A DNA stretch of 48,896 nucleotides from an uncultured Alphaproteobacteria bacterium (GTDB lineage Bacteria; Pseudomonadota; Alphaproteobacteria; SHNJ01), in NCBI GenBank assembly GCA_964427785.1, contig CAYRVJ010000001.1, positions 1 to 48,896 of the forward strand, written 5' to 3'. A model generated the notes under the pieces. The model had not been told where the DNA came from and made no database searches. It worked only from the letters and a program-made list of their open reading frames with translations. Made by a program: the position numbers and the translations under genes. Below, in pieces: positions 35,195 through 43,186 of the stretch (within the stretch, counting starts at the first letter, position 1; the number at the start of each line of letters is the position of its first letter).

Positions 35195-35793
35195 CCAGCA
35201 TCATTGTCGCCGGTGGCGCAGTTATTATATTAGTTCTTATATTATATATTAGGAGTGTGGCAGGGACGCCGCCCGGAATTAATCGAAATCCGGCGGACGA
35301 TATTTTAAGTTGTATGCATATAGAGAAATTAAGTCCGGAATCTGGCGAGAATAATGCGCGGAGTGGGCTAAAAGATAATGGGACTGTCAGAATAAAAGCT
35401 TTTGTCCATAAAAGCGCACCGCAATTGCCTGGTCGACTATTATCTTTAGAAAATAAGAGCATATTGCCAAACCGCAGCAATAGAAAGGGCAGGCGCTCCC
35501 AGTATTATATCGCCCCACATTCCGGCTTAAAGAGCAAGAGGGGCAGAGGTAGGAAGCGTGTGCGTGCCGTGGCATCAGAGGATTTGATTGGTCAACAATT
35601 ACACTTGTTAAGTCCATGCTTTAACCGTATGTCAGATCCGGAGTTTATCAAAAAAGCAACTAACGGTATTAAGATAAGCAAATATACTGATGGCATTAAG
35701 ATAAGTGCAGATAAAGTCAATATTAAAAAATATCCTTATTGGTTAACTACCGCTAAGGATGCGATGTTAAAAGTAAACATCCGTAGCAGATAG
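35191..35793 (+). CDS. Hypothetical N-terminally membrane-anchored, highly basic protein
   Basis: ATG 35191 overlaps the UbiA-like stop (ATGA). It has one TM helix (IIVAGGAVIILVLILYI) followed by a K/R-rich soluble region (KGRRSQ, KSKRGRGRKRVR). No recognisable domain. Confidence 0.5.
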   Translation: MTSIIVAGGAVIILVLILYIRSVAGTPPGINRNPADDILSCMHIEKLSPESGENNARSGLKDNGTVRIKAFVHKSAPQLPGRLLSLENKSILPNRSNRKGRRSQYYIAPHSGLKSKRGRGRKRVRAVASEDLIGQQLHLLSPCFNRMSDPEFIKKATNGIKISKYTDGIKISADKVNIKKYPYWLTTAKDAMLKVNIRSR

Positions 35794-35874
35794 GAGCGAG
35801 GGGATACTTGGATTTGAGCCAATTCTACGCAAGCTGATACACCATACAATAAATCTAATTATAGAAGGCAAAGA

Positions 35875-36300
35875 GTCCCTCACCAACACCACTTCGCCTT
35901 TCGGCGTTTTTCTCTGGCTATAATAGCAAAAGGCGAACTCCTGGGAAATGGCCGGAGAAAAGGGGCTATAGTTTTTTAAAATTCTCTGAGAATGCGCGGC
36001 TGTGTGCGCGGCAGAGAAGGGAACAGCGCCACAAGCGTTTGAAATGTCGCATCAATTACCGGGAATAGCGGAACCCGCCAACTTGTACCAAACTCAATGG
36101 CGGTGGTGGGAGTCTAGCACGATGAATTCTCTCGTTCTATAGGTGGAATTCCCTGCTAACAGGGAAAATAACAGAGAATTTGGGCGGTTTGGGTTGAATG
36201 AAAGGCGAAGTGCGGAGAAAAAGGGCTGAATTGTGGCGGCTTATGCGACGGCGCAGGGAAATTCCCTAGACTGCAAACAGGGATTTTGTAATTTGTCATA
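35875..36300 (+). repeat. Copy C (full length) of the hairpin-rich repeat family
   Basis: Same orientation as copy A and colinear with it. Contains the identical 98-nt core at 36093-36190. Confidence 0.85.
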
Positions 36301-36396
36301 GGTATTTATGTGGCCAATAACAGGAGCATATTAAAAATATCGGCATATTTATTTTTATTGTGGTTTATTAAAGAACATGGACTATATTATTAGGTA

Positions 36397-36783
36397 ATGA
36401 AAAAAATCCTCTCCAGCATTCTTATTATTTCTATCCTCGCGCTTTCGACTTTGTGCGCGATGCCGGTTGTTCATGCCAAGAGCAGCGCTCAGCAAGCCTC
36501 GCATTGCGAAACGGGCAATCATCACGATAAAAAAGATGCATCCAAAAATCTAATGTTGATGCAGGATTGCACCGGCGTCGATCTTCAATTGACCAAGGTT
36601 TTTACGCTGGAAAAACCCGATCTGCAAAAGCATTTGGTTTCCTATGTTTTGGTCAATGAATCCTATGGCTTTGGGTATGATCCAAGCCTGACCGGCGCGA
36701 TACGTGGCCCGCCCGATTGGCCGGGACTCTTTAACGCCACTTCTCCTTCCATTATTCTCAGCACGCAACGCCGCCTGATATAG
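36397..36783 (+). CDS. Secreted hypothetical protein with a His/Cys-containing N-terminal region
   Basis: Signal peptide (MKKILSSILIISILALSTLCAMPVVHA), then SHCETGNHHDKKD...QDC. It precedes the multicopper oxidase gene. Confidence 0.55.
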   Translation: MKKILSSILIISILALSTLCAMPVVHAKSSAQQASHCETGNHHDKKDASKNLMLMQDCTGVDLQLTKVFTLEKPDLQKHLVSYVLVNESYGFGYDPSLTGAIRGPPDWPGLFNATSPSIILSTQRRLI

Positions 36784-36836
36784 GTTCCCCTGCGCTCAAT
36801 TTAATTTTGCGCAGTTTTTTTATTTGGGGAATTTCT

Positions 36837-38447
36837 ATGAGGCATTTTTTATTTATTTTTGCTTTTATTTTATCGGCATCGTTCGCCATTGCGGCAGAAG
36901 CGGCGGAATACCGCCTTACCATTGCGCGCGAAACCGTCAATATTACCGGTAAACCGGTTGAAAAGATAACTGTTAATGGCACTATTCCGGCACCGACATT
37001 ACGTTTTACTGACGGCGAGGATGTCGTTATCCATGTCACCAACAATATGGACGAGCCGTCCTCGATCCACTGGCACGGTCTGATCCTGCCCGGCGAGATG
37101 GATGGCGTCCCTGGCTTTAACGGTTTTCCGGGTATTAAACCGCATTCGACTTTCACCTACCGTTTTAAAATCCGGCAGACTGGTACCTATTGGTATCACG
37201 CGCACAGCATGGGCCAGGAACAGGACGGGCTGTATGGTTCGATCATAGCCGCACCCGCCGGGATTGACCCCATCCGCACCGACCGCGATTATGTAATCGT
37301 GCTGTCGGATTTTACCGACGAAGATTCGGACGACATTATGGCCAATCTGAAAATGGCCTCGGATTACTATAACGTCGCGCGCCGGACGATTGGCGATTTC
37401 TTGGGCGATGTGAAAGCCAAAGGTTTCGATAAGGCTTGGAAAGATGCCAAGGATTGGGGCGATATGCGCATGTCGCCGACGGATCTTTCGGATGTTGGCG
37501 GTTACACATTCCTAATTAACGGCAAAACGCCCGCGCAAAACTGGACAGGAATTTTTAAATCCGGCGAACGTGTGAGACTGCGCTTTATCAACGCGTCCGC
37601 CATGTCGATTTACGATGTACTACGCATTCCGGGCCTGAAAATGACGGCGGTGCAGGCAGACGGGCAGAATATCGAACCCCTGAAAATAGACGAGTTCCGT
37701 TTCGCGCCGGCGGAAACATATGATGTCGTGATCACGCCGGAAGAAGACAAAGCTTATACCATCGCCGCCGAATCCATCGACCGCACCGGATTTGCCATCG
37801 GCACGCTTGCGCCGCGCGAAGGTATGAAAGCCGAAATCCCGCCGCATCGCCCGCGCGCGCTTCTGACGATGGGCGATATGGGCGGCATGATGGATATGGA
37901 AGATATGGTGATGACGCCGGAAGACATGAAAAGCGGCTGGGCCGAAGCCGGAACGCCCAAAGACGATAAGGCGCTTAGCTATAAAGATCTGCGTTATGCC
38001 GGAATCCAGAAAGACACGCGCGAACCTGGGCGTACCATCGAAGTGCGTTTGGGCGGGAATATGGAACGGTATATCTGGACGATCAATGGAAAGAAGTTCA
38101 TCGATGCCGATCCGATCCGCCTAAAATATGGTGAACGGGTACGGTTGAATTTTACCAATGACACGATGATGGCGCATCCGATGCATTTGCATGGCATGTT
38201 CGTGCAATTGGAAAACGGACAGCCTGCGGAAAAACTGCCCAACAAGCACACCGTGATCGTCCCGCCGGGACAATCTTATTCGGTGCTGCTAACAGCGGAC
38301 GAAGCCGGAGAATGGGCGTTCCACTGCCATCTTTTATTCCACATGATGTCGGGAATGATGACCAAAGTGGTGGTCGCCAAACTGGATGCGGTGGATATTC
38401 CCGATAATATTCCCGCACCGGCCCAAGGAGGTTCCCATGCGCATTAA
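36837..38447 (+). CDS. copA: Copper-resistance multicopper oxidase (CopA/PcoA type)
   Basis: Four copper-ligand motifs are present (IHWHG, YHAHS, HPMHLHG, HCHLLFHMMSGM), together with a Met-rich loop (MGDMGGMMDMEDMVM). ATG 36837 precedes a signal-like N-terminus. Confidence 0.9.
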   Translation: MRHFLFIFAFILSASFAIAAEAAEYRLTIARETVNITGKPVEKITVNGTIPAPTLRFTDGEDVVIHVTNNMDEPSSIHWHGLILPGEMDGVPGFNGFPGIKPHSTFTYRFKIRQTGTYWYHAHSMGQEQDGLYGSIIAAPAGIDPIRTDRDYVIVLSDFTDEDSDDIMANLKMASDYYNVARRTIGDFLGDVKAKGFDKAWKDAKDWGDMRMSPTDLSDVGGYTFLINGKTPAQNWTGIFKSGERVRLRFINASAMSIYDVLRIPGLKMTAVQADGQNIEPLKIDEFRFAPAETYDVVITPEEDKAYTIAAESIDRTGFAIGTLAPREGMKAEIPPHRPRALLTMGDMGGMMDMEDMVMTPEDMKSGWAEAGTPKDDKALSYKDLRYAGIQKDTREPGRTIEVRLGGNMERYIWTINGKKFIDADPIRLKYGERVRLNFTNDTMMAHPMHLHGMFVQLENGQPAEKLPNKHTVIVPPGQSYSVLLTADEAGEWAFHCHLLFHMMSGMMTKVVVAKLDAVDIPDNIPAPAQGGSHAH

Positions 38448-39153
38448 AATTCTAGGTTTGGCTTTGCTGTTTTTAACTTCTCCCGCGCTGGCCGAAGAAA
38501 TCACCCATGATATGGCGGCGGAACATGGCGGCGGCATTTTCCATATGTTTCGTTTTGAGGCCGATTATGGAGGCAGTTCCAACGGCGCGGTTGCCAGCTG
38601 GGATTTGGACGGCTGGGTCGGCGGGGATGATGACAAGCTTTGGATCAAAAGCGAAGGCGAGCGCGCCGACGGCAGATTGGAACAGGCCGAATTTTGGGCG
38701 CTGTATAGCCGTAACATCGCAACGTTCTGGGATGCGCAGGCTGGCATCCGTTATGATGCAAAGCCCGAATCCACTGCTTATCTCGCCTTCGGCTTTACTG
38801 GGCTTGCGCCTTATTTCTTTGAAACCGAAGCGCATGTGTTTATCAGCGATGAAGGCGATCTCAGCCTGCGTCTACGAGAAGAGAACGACTTTCTTCTGAC
38901 GCAGCAACTTATTCTGCAGCCTTATGTGGAAATCAATCTCTCCGCCCAGGACGTGCCGGAAAACGATATTGGCTCCGGCTTCACCAGCGGCGAGATAGGA
39001 TTGCAAACACGGTATGAGTTCACACGCAAGTTCGCGCCATATTTGGATTTACGATACGAGCGCAAGTTTGGCGAAACGGCCTCTATTGCCGCAAGCGACG
39101 GAGAAGACAAAGACAATTTCATCGCCGCAATCGGTTTGCGGCTTATGTTTTAA
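38437..39153 (+). CDS. copB: Copper-resistance outer-membrane protein CopB/PcoB family
   Basis: AAGGAGG RBS and a signal peptide. WDLDGWVGGDDDKLWIKSEGE...AQAGIRYD... is typical of CopB, and the sequence ends with an aromatic beta-barrel terminus (RLMF). Confidence 0.85.
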   Translation: MRIKILGLALLFLTSPALAEEITHDMAAEHGGGIFHMFRFEADYGGSSNGAVASWDLDGWVGGDDDKLWIKSEGERADGRLEQAEFWALYSRNIATFWDAQAGIRYDAKPESTAYLAFGFTGLAPYFFETEAHVFISDEGDLSLRLREENDFLLTQQLILQPYVEINLSAQDVPENDIGSGFTSGEIGLQTRYEFTRKFAPYLDLRYERKFGETASIAASDGEDKDNFIAAIGLRLMF

Positions 39154-39173
39154 CCCCAACGAAAGAAAAGACT

Positions 39174-39854
39174 ATGAAGAAAATAATTCTAATAATGGCA
39201 CTGGCATTGCTGGCAAGCCCCGCCATGGCCAAAGAATATATCATCAAGGAAGTCAGCGATCCTGCGGGTAAGACGCCTTATTATTTCTCGCCGGACAAAT
39301 TAACCATCCAGCCGGGCGATACCGTCACCTTCGTCAACGTGCAGGAAGACATGCATGATGTGATGTTTATCAGTGTTCCAAAGACGGTTGATGAAATGAT
39401 CATGAGCCCGAAACACGAAAAAGAAGGCGAGAAATGGTCTTATAAATTTACCGTTCCAGGCACATATCAATTCCATTGCCATGCGCATGAGGCACTGGGC
39501 ATGAAAGGTACATTGATCGTCGGTCAAGCCTCGAATGCCGGTGAAACTAAAACGATGGATCACCATAAAATGACGGAAAAATATGAGAGTGATTCCAGCG
39601 GCCATGCAGGGATGGGAGCATCGAATCTTCCGCAAGGTACGGGTAGGATTAACAATGTTGATGAGGACAAACGCACGATCAACATTACCCACGATCCGAT
39701 CAAGGCGCTCGGCTGGCCGAAAATGAAAATGGAATTTCCGGTCGATAAAAGCGTTGATTTATCGGGTTTAAAAGCCGGTGATGCTGTGTCGTTCACTTTA
39801 AAGCCAAGCGCGAATGATGATTACAGCATCAACACGATCAAAAAAGGAGAGTAA
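39174..39854 (+). CDS. Periplasmic cupredoxin (plastocyanin/pseudoazurin-like) fused to a CusF-like copper-binding domain
   Basis: Signal peptide. The type-1 copper motif YQFHCHAHEALGMKGTLIV is present, and the C-terminus GRINNVDEDKRTINITHDPIKALGWPKMKMEFPV is CusF-like. Confidence 0.75.
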   Translation: MKKIILIMALALLASPAMAKEYIIKEVSDPAGKTPYYFSPDKLTIQPGDTVTFVNVQEDMHDVMFISVPKTVDEMIMSPKHEKEGEKWSYKFTVPGTYQFHCHAHEALGMKGTLIVGQASNAGETKTMDHHKMTEKYESDSSGHAGMGASNLPQGTGRINNVDEDKRTINITHDPIKALGWPKMKMEFPVDKSVDLSGLKAGDAVSFTLKPSANDDYSINTIKKGE

Positions 39855-39856
39855 TT

Positions 39857-40141
39857 ATGAAACTATATTTGTTTCTTTTGGCAATTATTTTAGGAACCGC
39901 TTTCTTCACGAATCCGGCTTATGCTGAGCAAAAACCTGCTTCGCAAATCGTGCCGCCCAAATACGAGCATTTACCGGCGAGGGAATTTAAACGCCACAAG
40001 GCCGGTATTAGACGGATGGTTCATTTACCACCGATGTTGATTCAAAAAATCGATGTACTGGACGACAGCCGAATGTCGAGCGGTGAAATCGCCATTCCAG
40101 ATGTGCCGCGTTCGACGTTTGAGAAATACCAATCCAAGTAG
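39857..40141 (+). CDS. Small secreted hypothetical protein
   Basis: 94 aa with a signal peptide (MKLYLFLLAIILGTAFFTNPAYA). It starts 3 nt after the upstream stop. Confidence 0.5.
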   Translation: MKLYLFLLAIILGTAFFTNPAYAEQKPASQIVPPKYEHLPAREFKRHKAGIRRMVHLPPMLIQKIDVLDDSRMSSGEIAIPDVPRSTFEKYQSK

Positions 40142-40211
40142 TTTATTTTATTAAGTTACAGCGGGTAATACCATGACTCATCTTAACCACTTTTATAAAG
40201 GAGCTTTCAAT

Positions 40212-40574
40212 ATGAAGAAATTTAATGCTTTAAGGCAATTTTTTATTCTATCATTTGCAATACTTTTATTGTCCGGCTGCGCCAGCAACGGTACGGATGC
40301 CGCCAGTGGCCGTCCGATGTGTCCCATGATGGACGGTAAATCATGTTGTGAAAAGATGATGGAAGGCAAAACTTGTTGCTGTTGCCAAAAAATGATGGAA
40401 AACTGCATGATGAAGGATGGCAAGCCGATGGACATGAAACAGTGCCAACAAATGATGCAAGGCGGGATGATGAAGGATCAATCGGTAGCGCCTGCTGATA
40501 TCCAACCTGCTCCTGCTGCAAGTTCAGAGGATCATAAAAAGCATCACACGCAAGACAATAAAGAGGTGAAATAA
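40212..40574 (+). CDS. Met/Cys-rich lipoprotein (putative copper-binding)
   Basis: AAGGAG RBS and a lipobox LLSGC. The mature part has repeated C/M clusters (CPMMDGKSCCEKMMEGKTCCCCQKMMENCMMKDGKPMDMKQCQQMMQGGMMKD). Confidence 0.65.
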   Translation: MKKFNALRQFFILSFAILLLSGCASNGTDAASGRPMCPMMDGKSCCEKMMEGKTCCCCQKMMENCMMKDGKPMDMKQCQQMMQGGMMKDQSVAPADIQPAPAASSEDHKKHHTQDNKEVK

Positions 40575-40813
40575 TGGCACACGATCATCAGCATGATCCG
40601 AATTGTCATAAACCGCATAATCTTATGCGGTTTATGTGGCTAATTTATTTGACACTAGCCGGTATCGTCATCCTCTACTTGCTGGAATATCACTGGCAGC
40701 ATACGATTGGCGTTCTGCCATATCTGATTTTATTGTTATGCCCCCTGATGCATTTCCTAATGCCGCACGGGCATCATCGCCATGATGAAAAAGACAATAC
40801 GCCAAAATCATAA
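40574..40813 (+). CDS. Small His-rich membrane protein (DUF2933-like) preceding the Cu-ATPase
   Basis: 79 aa with two TM helices flanked by His-rich ends (MAHDHQHDPNCH..., MPHGHHRHDE). This arrangement is common upstream of heavy-metal P-type ATPases. Confidence 0.6.
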   Translation: MAHDHQHDPNCHKPHNLMRFMWLIYLTLAGIVILYLLEYHWQHTIGVLPYLILLLCPLMHFLMPHGHHRHDEKDNTPKS

Positions 40814-40834
40814 TCGTCACAGGGAGTAAGTTTC

Positions 40835-43054
40835 ATGCATCAGCATCAGGTTAAGACTTCGGAAACGGGCAGTTGCCATCATGCTAAACCGGACGCGAAG
40901 CATGAAGCTCCTCTCAAAATAGCATCGGGCGGCGCAGATGCGATCTACACTTGCCCGATGCACCCGCAAATACGTCAAAAAGGGCCAGGCAATTGCCCGA
41001 TCTGCGGCATGGCGCTGGAGCCTGAGAATATCGCCATTCAAGATGGGCCTGATCCCGAATTAAAAGATATGAGCCGCCGCTTTTGGGTGGCCGCCATCTT
41101 ATCCGCTCCGTTGTTGCTGTTTAGCATGGGCGGGCATTTTTCCAATGAGATGCTGCATGCATTTCTAATGAGTCCGCTTGCCACCTGGGGCCAATTGGTC
41201 ATCGCAACGCCTGTAGTTTTATGGGCAGGATGGCCATTTTTCGAGCGCGGCTGGATGTCGATAAAAAATAAAAATTTGAATATGTTTACTCTTATCTCGC
41301 TTGGCGTCGGTGTCGCCTATTTCTACAGTCTATTCATTACGCTATTCCCAAGTTTTATAGAGCAATGGCTGGATGGAACGAATCTTTCCAAAGACGTTTA
41401 TTTTGAAGCCGCTGCTGTGATCACCGCGCTGGTTTTGTTGGGTCAGGTTTTGGAGCTGCGCGCACGCGCGCAAACTTCGAGCGCGATGCGGGCGTTGCTT
41501 GATCTTGCTCCAGCAACGGCGCGTATTATCCGCTCTAATGGAAACGAGGAGGATATTCCATTAGCACATGTACATAAGGGGGATATTCTGCGCGTCCGTC
41601 CCGGTGAGAAAATTCCCGTTGATGGTATTTTGCTTGAAGGCAAAAGTTCCATCGATCAATCGATGATCACCGGCGAACCGATACCGGTGGAAAAGAATCC
41701 CGGCGAAACCGTCATCGGCGCTACCATTAACGGTACCGGCAGTTTCACCATGCGCGCGGAACGGGTAGGACAGGAAACTTTGCTTGCGCAAATCGTGGAT
41801 ATGGTGGCCAAAGCGCAGCGCACGCGCGCGCCCATTCAAAGGCTCGCGGATAAAGTGTCGGGCTATTTTGTTCCTGCAGTGATCGCAATCGCCGTGCTAG
41901 CTGCCGTTATTTGGGGAATTTATGGCCCCGAACCAAAAACCGGCTATGCGATTCTTAATGCTGTAGCGGTACTTATCATTGCGTGCCCTTGCGCGTTAGG
42001 TCTGGCGACGCCTATGTCCATCATGGCCGGTACGGGCCGTGGTGCAAAGGCAGGAGTGCTGATTAAAAATGCCGAAGCATTGGAAGGATTCGAGAAAGTC
42101 GATACCTTGATTGTCGATAAAACCGGCACCTTGACCGAAGGCAAACCGAAATTGATAACTGTGGTTGCGGAGCAAGGTTTCGATGAACAAACCGTACTGA
42201 CTTTTGCCGCAAGCCTGGAACGTGGCAGCGAACACCCTTTGGCAGCAGCTATCGTACAAGGCGCGGCGCAACGTAAACTGGAACTGCATAACCCAGCAGA
42301 TTTTCAATCTATTACCGGCAAGGGCGTTACCGGTACCGTACAGGGCCGAAAAGTGGCGTTGGGAAATCTTGCCTTGCTGGATTCAATGCGTATAGATGCA
42401 TCGCATTTAAAAAGTCAGGCGGATAATTTCCGGGCGCAAGGGCAGACGGCCATGTTTGTGGCGATAGACGGCAAGTTAGCGGGGCTGGTCACTGTCGCCG
42501 ATCCGATCAAAGCTACAACAATAGAAGCTATTAAGCTTTTGAAGGAGGATGGCCTGCATATTGTTATGCTGACCGGCGATAATAAGACTACAGCGGCAGC
42601 GGTTGCCGCGAAAGTCGGTATCGATGATGTGATCGCGGACGTATTGCCCGATCAGAAAAACGCCGCCGTCCGCAAGTTACAAGAGCAAGGACATAGCGTG
42701 GCTATGGCAGGAGACGGAATTAACGATGCGCCCGCTTTGGCGCAGGCCAATGTCGGGATCGCCATGGGAACCGGCGCGGATGTTGCTATGGAAAGCGCGG
42801 GCATCACGCTTATAAAAGGCGATTTGATGGGCATCGTGCGCGCAAGGCATCTAAGCCGCGCAACCATGCGCAATATCCGGCAAAACCTGTTCTTTGCTTT
42901 TATCTATAACGCACTGGGCGTGCCGATTGCTGCAGGCGTCCTGTATCCGTTTTTTGGTATTTTGCTTAGCCCTATTTTTGCCAGTGCGGCGATGGCATTC
43001 AGTTCGGTTTCCGTTATCGTAAATAGCTTACGGCTCCGGTCGACGCGGCTTTAG
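40835..43054 (+). CDS. copA: Copper-translocating P1B-type ATPase
   Basis: N-terminal [24 protein letters not shown] metal-binding domain. The CPC motif ([13 protein letters not shown]), DKTGTLT, MLTGDN and [10 protein letters not shown] are all present. Confidence 0.9.
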   Translation: MHQHQVKTSETGSCHHAKPDAKHEAPLKIASGGADAIYTCPMHPQIRQKGPGNCPICGMALEPENIAIQDGPDPELKDMSRRFWVAAILSAPLLLFSMGGHFSNEMLHAFLMSPLATWGQLVIATPVVLWAGWPFFERGWMSIKNKNLNMFTLISLGVGVAYFYSLFITLFPSFIEQWLDGTNLSKDVYFEAAAVITALVLLGQVLELRARAQTSSAMRALLDLAPATARIIRSNGNEEDIPLAHVHKGDILRVRPGEKIPVDGILLEGKSSIDQSMITGEPIPVEKNPGETVIGATINGTGSFTMRAERVGQETLLAQIVDMVAKAQRTRAPIQRLADKVSGYFVPAVIAIAVLAAVIWGIYGPEPKTGYAILNAVAVLIIACPCALGLATPMSIMAGTGRGAKAGVLIKNAEALEGFEKVDTLIVDKTGTLTEGKPKLITVVAEQGFDEQTVLTFAASLERGSEHPLAAAIVQGAAQRKLELHNPADFQSITGKGVTGTVQGRKVALGNLALLDSMRIDASHLKSQADNFRAQGQTAMFVAIDGKLAGLVTVADPIKATTIEAIKLLKEDGLHIVMLTGDNKTTAAAVAAKVGIDDVIADVLPDQKNAAVRKLQEQGHSVAMAGDGINDAPALAQANVGIAMGTGADVAMESAGITLIKGDLMGIVRARHLSRATMRNIRQNLFFAFIYNALGVPIAAGVLYPFFGILLSPIFASAAMAFSSVSVIVNSLRLRSTRL

Positions 43055-43186
43055 GGCCGTATACTGGAATACCTAGATATATTTGAAAACAAAGGAAAAA
43101 TCATAATTCTCGCCTAAACCGGACACCTGAGCACTTTCGCCCGGAAAAATCCCGTACTACCCTTTTCGCAAAGAAGGAATAGTACG

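Noticed and set aside
34636-35617. Antisense ORFs 34636-35001, 35112-35480 and 35387-35617
   Set aside because: They oppose the overlap-coupled plus-strand operon genes and have no start context or motifs.
9711-39153. Long N-terminal extensions suggested by the ORF track (moaA from 10781, narJ from 16106, nrdG from 29663, luxS-like from 31891, cyclase from 32391, UbiA-like from 34220, copA from 36807, copB from 38386)
   Set aside because: They begin at upstream TTG or other alternative codons that overlap the preceding genes. Downstream ATG/GTG/TTG starts with proper RBS or stop-start coupling, which also match family N-termini, were preferred.
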